From the NCBI GenBank assembly GCA_964622185.1, contig CAZUPJ010000001.1, forward strand, positions 1-30,482: DNA of 30,482 bases, written 5' to 3'. The DNA comes from an uncultured Treponemataceae bacterium (lineage in GTDB: Bacteria > Spirochaetota > Spirochaetia > Treponematales > Treponemataceae). The notes under the pieces were generated by a model. That model was not told where the DNA came from and did no database searches. It saw only the letters and a program-made list of their open reading frames with translations. Made by a program: the position numbers and the translations under genes. Shown here in pieces: positions 26,401-30,482 of this stretch; the stretch's first letter is position 1, and each line of letters begins with the position of its first letter.

Positions 26401-28186
26401 TAATAATCTTTCAATTAGCAGCGGTAGTAGCAAAGCAACGGTAACTTCTTTTGATTCAGTAAGTGCTACAAGTGTAGAAGCCGAGAAAGCTGCAATACAA
26501 AATGCCATAGCTGAGATTTTTAATGCTAAAAACCCAACTGGCACTAATGATATTAACGCAAGTAATGTTTCCGTAATGGTAAACTCTCATACAGAAGCAA
26601 TCGCAACGTTTACTCTCTCGGTTATATCAAAAGCATATGAATTATCTTCAAGTAATGCTATAACTCTTGCCTTAGACGGAATACTCAGCTTACACTATTA
26701 TGTAAGCGAAACCAGTACGAGCGACAGTGGCAAAACAGGCTTTGGCACAAGCAACGCCTTTGCCTCGGTACAAGCAGCGGTAAATGCCGTACAAACAAAA
26801 AATAACACAAGTGCAGGCACACACCATTTTAGCATAGTTGTGCAAGGTACTATAGCAAACACAAGTTTAAGCACAGCAAATGGTATGGTAGACATTACTT
26901 CTACTAACGCACTTAACTTAACTATTAAAGGAGAGTCCGCGGGCGCTATTATTGATGCTGGGGCTAGGTTTACAGTAGATTCAAGTACAGGCTTTATTAC
27001 GATAAAAGAACGAGGGCTTGAAAACCGTGTTCTCTATATCTCCGGGACAAACACAAACGTAACTCTACAAGACCTTACCATAACAGGAGGTCTCGCACAG
27101 GGAACTAATGGTGATGATGGTTATGATGGTGCTTCTGCTCCTGCTAATAGTGGTAAGGAAGGTGGTAGCGCTTATGGTGGTGGCCTGTATGTAAAGAGTG
27201 GAACAGTAACAGTAGATAACACTACAGTGAGTTATAATAACGCTATAGGTGGTTCTGGTGGTGATGGTGGTGATGGTATTTCAAGCTATGGATCTAGCCT
27301 GAACGGCGGCTCTGGTGGATTTGGTGGATTTGCCGCTGGTGGTGGCCTGTATGTAGAGAGTGGAACAGTAAGTATAAAAAATAAGTCTGTACTGAGCAAT
27401 AATAATGCTGTTGGCGGTGCCGGTGGTAACGGCGGGCGAGGTATTTATGATTGGCCCAATGTTGGTTCTGGTGGAGATGGTGGTAACGGTAGAGTTGCCG
27501 ACGGTGGCGGTATGTATGTAAAAAATGGAACTATAACTATAGATGATACCACACTAAGCAATAATACTGTTATTAGTGGACTCGGTGGTTCTGGTGGTTC
27601 TGATGTTTATGGTGGAGGCGATGTAGGTGGCGTATACGGTTATGTTATGAGAGGTGGCGGTTTATATATTTTTAATGGAGAAATATCAATAACAAATTCT
27701 ACTTTGAGCAATAATACAGTTATCGGTGGAGATGGTGTTGAAAGTACTATTTATAATGACGGTACTTCTGCACACGGTGGCGGTATAGCTATTGTGGGTG
27801 GCGATGTAAGTATATCAGGCTCTGAATTCAGTTCTAATAAGGCTGCCGGTGGTCATGGCCATTCTCCTATGCTGGGTTCTTTCAGTACCGCTGGTGATGG
27901 TGGTGTAGCTTATGGTGGAGGAGTTTATATTGGCGGCGGTACAGTAAGCATAACAGATACTAAAGTGAACTCTAATGACGCTGTCGGAGCTTACGGTGGG
28001 GTATCATCTTCTGGCGCCTCCAACCAAGGGTCTCCTGGCTATCCTTATGGCGGCGGTATATATGTAGAAAGTAAATATTCTACTACTTCTTTTTCAGACA
28101 TAAGCTACAGTGGCAATACTTTACATATAAGTGGTACAATTGTTTCAGATGGAGACAACGGAATAGATATTTTTCTAAATAATTAG
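23420..28186 (+). CDS. Very large surface lipoprotein (1588 aa) with two YYVS-capped beta-helix-like regions, five ~120-aa repeat modules and a Gly-rich GGG(L/I/M/V)Y repeat C-terminus
   Basis: Lipobox MKKIVLLLLVSFLFFS-C; YYVSESGSDSNTASISSPYKTLQKAID and YYVSETS...AFASVQAAVN; repeated GGG.Y...G.V.I......N.A.GG. Confidence 0.85.
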   Translation: MKKIVLLLLVSFLFFSCKWYKADLIEYLDYYSNSAAIEYYKLDGSYPSTGGITNIPGGTAKNISFIMRNPKKYDLNFGITWHNSPLGQTQPVYGVDYTFNQEPYDTLVMTLTEAFLDKLDSNPTYGDISATISLQDSFSGRNFETYSYNLIANSPPTTPQGAVFLKHSDLHTWILSFNLSTTELRKAKDNDIRTVTLNNTGHSVNIDHTDGSFTVSGSLTTDESLVKQGKNITLEDAIGQRYFHGENTVYYVTDIPTSQSPTASLSFTDSRGLTSEMATVSTNGLVKTQYYVSESGSDSNTASISSPYKTLQKAIDTILASNDANKTYVIYTKGNVGSGTIAPTNSDVHNIRIEGYDSGAIIDTLSIKGSETRIHISSDIEITNATITDGSTATITDSSVQKMVVSNNSNIHIDDVNLTELEYTSTNVSVSFASKPANPIKITVPANTVNNTLLVKGSGANLAESDFTLNASSGSVYVADSNLYYSTHKQVVWTNVTSKATEAAQKAKAKIPSFTIGSNFTVPIQAVAFHESDTNNADKEKAIKNSLIEAFAGASYPVGVQPLTADDIRVNLSLSSAYIRFRVSSGYAFERTNVETEKTLYITLSGDFESLEQVNWKSITTEAIASATDGRSSLPQITISEAGSVTTGNATVSFVNSAIPSGENKEKAVKQALMFAINKKLPTGIAALTENDISLTVNSANARQASVTITLKAVEGYLIRLNDKNDTSVAISLTVVSPVDFGDITMLDASTIRMGTPSGDNMAFTGTWTVDNMSFNGNNSTSKLTITAGSTITNSQLATAIKDAINAPTGITVTVEPNNDTVVTPLDKTFSATLSVQTGYLFTDLAEEKKIENISFNVEQKTTLEGITGNAITGNATFAQLSSGSSVGVTFTATDNATKVANLETALVSSFNENLQERGFNAINESNINIAVTEATYESTTITLSGITVNTAAGYTLQEGSPNTITFTLNGNFKTRVDISLSGSIEKNTNIAGINNLSISSGSSKATVTSFDSVSATSVEAEKAAIQNAIAEIFNAKNPTGTNDINASNVSVMVNSHTEAIATFTLSVISKAYELSSSNAITLALDGILSLHYYVSETSTSDSGKTGFGTSNAFASVQAAVNAVQTKNNTSAGTHHFSIVVQGTIANTSLSTANGMVDITSTNALNLTIKGESAGAIIDAGARFTVDSSTGFITIKERGLENRVLYISGTNTNVTLQDLTITGGLAQGTNGDDGYDGASAPANSGKEGGSAYGGGLYVKSGTVTVDNTTVSYNNAIGGSGGDGGDGISSYGSSLNGGSGGFGGFAAGGGLYVESGTVSIKNKSVLSNNNAVGGAGGNGGRGIYDWPNVGSGGDGGNGRVADGGGMYVKNGTITIDDTTLSNNTVISGLGGSGGSDVYGGGDVGGVYGYVMRGGGLYIFNGEISITNSTLSNNTVIGGDGVESTIYNDGTSAHGGGIAIVGGDVSISGSEFSSNKAAGGHGHSPMLGSFSTAGDGGVAYGGGVYIGGGTVSITDTKVNSNDAVGAYGGVSSSGASNQGSPGYPYGGGIYVESKYSTTSFSDISYSGNTLHISGTIVSDGDNGIDIFLNN

Positions 28187-28353
28187 AGTAAAGCAAAATA
28201 ACTGTTAGAGGTTAGCATACGTGGATTAGCGAAAAAAAATCAATCTTTGTATTCTTTGTGGCAAAAAGCAAACCTTAAAACAGCGGGCACCCACGCAAGA
28301 AGAGCCCCAACGGGGAATTACTTGCTGTTTGTGAGTGTAATATTAATTGTTAA

Positions 28354-29277
28354 TTATTCATTATTAATTAACTTTATTTCTTCTTCGCTCAATCCTGTTA
28401 CCGTTTTTATTTTTTCAATAGAATCGCCAAGAGAGAGTAGGTTTTTAGCCATTTCAATTTTTGCTTCGTGTGCACCTTTCGTATGACCCTCTGCGTGACC
28501 TTCTGCGTGACCTTCTCTTCGTGCCTCGTATCTCTCATAATCAAGGGCTGCAGCTTGCCCGTTAAGAAATATTTCTCTTTTTTCATATTCGCTTATTAAA
28601 TCGCTATCAGATACAAAATATTCATAGTCTCCTACAGCCTTCTTAAAAACTTCACCTTGCATTGCTATTGCTTCCTTTTCATTTTCAAAATTACTTGAGC
28701 CAAAATAGCTTATCCATGTTTTTAGCTCGTCCTCTTTTATTTCTTTATGCACCTTTGGTAGTTCCAAAAAATGTATTTCTAGTTTTTCAGTACTAATTTC
28801 TTTGTTTTGACAACAATGAATCATGTGAGATGTGTGTGCACAGTCTATGCTCTCAAACATTGTAAAAGCAACTATGTTAATACTTATTACTGGCATAAAT
28901 CGCCTAATCTCTGTACCGTTTTCTGCTTTTATTCTCTCTGCTTTGTAACTTCTAGCCCAATATTCCAGAACCCTGTCAAAAAACGTTTTGTTACCACGTA
29001 CTTGTACTTCAATTATAACTTTTTCACCAGAATTGGTTATCCCTTTTACATCGACAATGGTTTCACTTTCCGAACAATGCTCTTTTAGGTTGTACGGATT
29101 GGTTACCGTCACAGACACAAACTCCTCTAATTCATTGTCTCTCATTACCGCATTAATGAAACTAAGTAGTAAATGCTCGTTACCCCTTTGCCCTAAAAGA
29201 TAGCGGGCAAAATAATCGTTCATTCTTGAAATTTCTTTAGCTACCATAAGTATACTCCAGTTGTTTAGTTTTTTCAA
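28354..29277 (-). CDS. Rpn family recombination-promoting nuclease / PD-(D/E)XK 'putative transposase'
   Basis: NDYFARYLLG, LLSFINAVM, IVDVK...IIEVQ catalytic motif, IHFLELPK, and C-terminal EG repeats followed by MAKNLL...IKTVTGLSEEEI. TTG start after AAGGGCGG. Confidence 0.92.
   Translation of the reverse strand: MKKLNNWSILMVAKEISRMNDYFARYLLGQRGNEHLLLSFINAVMRDNELEEFVSVTVTNPYNLKEHCSESETIVDVKGITNSGEKVIIEVQVRGNKTFFDRVLEYWARSYKAERIKAENGTEIRRFMPVISINIVAFTMFESIDCAHTSHMIHCCQNKEISTEKLEIHFLELPKVHKEIKEDELKTWISYFGSSNFENEKEAIAMQGEVFKKAVGDYEYFVSDSDLISEYEKREIFLNGQAAALDYERYEARREGHAEGHAEGHTKGAHEAKIEMAKNLLSLGDSIEKIKTVTGLSEEEIKLINNE
28481..28515 (-). repeat. 12-bp tandem repeat encoding EGHA-EGHA-EGHT in the Rpn tail
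   Basis: Plus strand gtatgaccctc-tgcgtgaccttc-tgcgtgaccttc. Confidence 0.85.
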
Positions 29278-29502
29278 CCGCCCTTTAGGCGATTTACAGA
29301 AAACTTCTGCTTACTATATTTATAGTCAATTAGGTTTAAAAAAACAGAAAATTTGAGAAAAAAATGAGAGTAGATGTAAATTGTGATACATAAAAAGATT
29401 CATTATCGAATGAAAAGCAAAAACTGTGTCAAAATATTTCTTTGTAATACTTTAAAAACCTATTCCCCCTTTATAGACTTTCTGATATAATACGTTTTTA
29501 AG

Positions 29503-30482
29503 ATGACAAACAAAGCATATATTCTACTTGCCAACGGGCAAGTATTTGAAGGAAAAAGCTTCGGCGCAACTGGTTGCATTACAGGTGAAATTGTATTTAC
29601 AACTGGAATGACAGGTTACCTTGAAACCCTCACAGACCCAAGCTATTATGGTCAAATAATAATGCAAACATTTCCATTAATTGGAAACTACGGCGTTATT
29701 CCATCCGATTTTGAAAGTAAAAAAATCCATGCAACAGCCTACATTGTTCGCGACTATTGTGATGAGCCTTCAAACTTCCGTTGTAACGGTAAGATTGAAC
29801 AAATGCTTATCGACAATAATATTATTGGCGTATACGGCGTTGACACAAGAGAGCTTACAAAAATAATCCGTGAAAGCGGTGTTATGAATGCACGCATTTT
29901 TTCTGTAGAAGAAAATAATGCTGAGCTTGATTTTCTTACCAATGACGAAAAAAAGCAAACTATTCTTAAAGACCTCGCTGATTTTTCAATTACAAACGCC
30001 GTTAACTCTGTTACAGGATTACCTCTGAACGATGCAACGAAAGAACTTGTTTCTCAAAATGCAGGAAAAGCTAAAAAAGTTGTTCTATGGGATTTTGGTG
30101 CAAAAGAAAACATTGTACGACACCTTTTACAAAGAGGATTCGACGTTGACATTGTAGATGCAAACACAAGCGCAAAGGACATTTTAGCAAAAAAACCAGA
30201 CGGTATTATGCTTTCAAATGGCCCTGGAGATCCTGCAGAAAATGTTGGCATAATAGAAGAATTAAAAGAACTCTGTAATGCAAATATTCCTATTTTTGGT
30301 ATTTGCCTTGGGCATCAACTTTTAGCCCTTGCAATGGGTGCAAAAACCGAAAAGTTAAAATACGGTCACCGTGGAGCAAATCAAAGTGTAAAACACCTCG
30401 AAACAGGGCGAGTGTATATGACAAGCCAAAACCACGGGTATGCAGTTGTAATTGATACTATTCCTCAAGGTGCAAAGATGAG
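29503..30482 (+). CDS. carA: Carbamoyl-phosphate synthase small subunit, 3'-truncated by the window edge
   Basis: Manual translation from ATG 29503: MTNKAYILLANGQVFEGKSFG...GEIVFTTGMTGYLETLTDPSYYGQI...LSNGPGDP...FGICLGHQL...GHRGAN...SQNHGYAV. Not in the ORF track because no stop lies in the window. TGaTATAAT at 29483-29491. Confidence 0.96.
   Translation, partial: MTNKAYILLANGQVFEGKSFGATGCITGEIVFTTGMTGYLETLTDPSYYGQIIMQTFPLIGNYGVIPSDFESKKIHATAYIVRDYCDEPSNFRCNGKIEQMLIDNNIIGVYGVDTRELTKIIRESGVMNARIFSVEENNAELDFLTNDEKKQTILKDLADFSITNAVNSVTGLPLNDATKELVSQNAGKAKKVVLWDFGAKENIVRHLLQRGFDVDIVDANTSAKDILAKKPDGIMLSNGPGDPAENVGIIEELKELCNANIPIFGICLGHQLLALAMGAKTEKLKYGHRGANQSVKHLETGRVYMTSQNHGYAVVIDTIPQGAKM

Noticed and set aside
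28354..29277. IS element call for the 'putative transposase'
   Set aside because: No terminal inverted repeats or target-site duplication seen, and Rpn-family proteins are not established transposases.
365..30251. Numerous short antisense or overlapping ORFs in the track (for example 6083-6487, 22652-23125, 23367-23600, 25084-25791, 28247-28486, 29681-30251)
   Set aside because: They are shadows of well-supported genes on another strand or frame, with no recognisable motifs or RBS.

Overview
AT-rich chromosomal segment, most likely from a spirochaete (Treponema/Sphaerochaeta-like; inferred from the MKK...FxC lipoproteins, the 'LFAMGSEE' binding-protein N-terminus and MurE with an EDPR motif). 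Housekeeping genes: trxA, yjbQ, murE-ddl-murD, two Fe-containing alcohol dehydrogenases, a Trp/Tyr-type ABC transporter, ptsI, a Zn-dependent HDAC-family deacetylase, ftsK and the 5' part of carA (absent from the ORF track). Accessory genes: three large modular surface proteins built from repeat modules I do not recognise, and an Rpn/PD-(D/E)XK nuclease. The standout is the trxA-yjbQ intergenic region (6551-7005). It holds three tandem, self-contained ~70-nt small-RNA units. Each has a TTTAAG-N5-TTTAAG box exactly 10 bp upstream of a TATTAT -10, a 5' hairpin, an invariant unpaired anti-Shine-Dalgarno motif (ACACTCCTCCTTTT) and its own intrinsic terminator. This is the architecture of streptococcal CiaR-dependent csRNAs, in an unexpected lineage. 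Several genes also look leaderless. All calls come from reading the sequence; no database searches were run.
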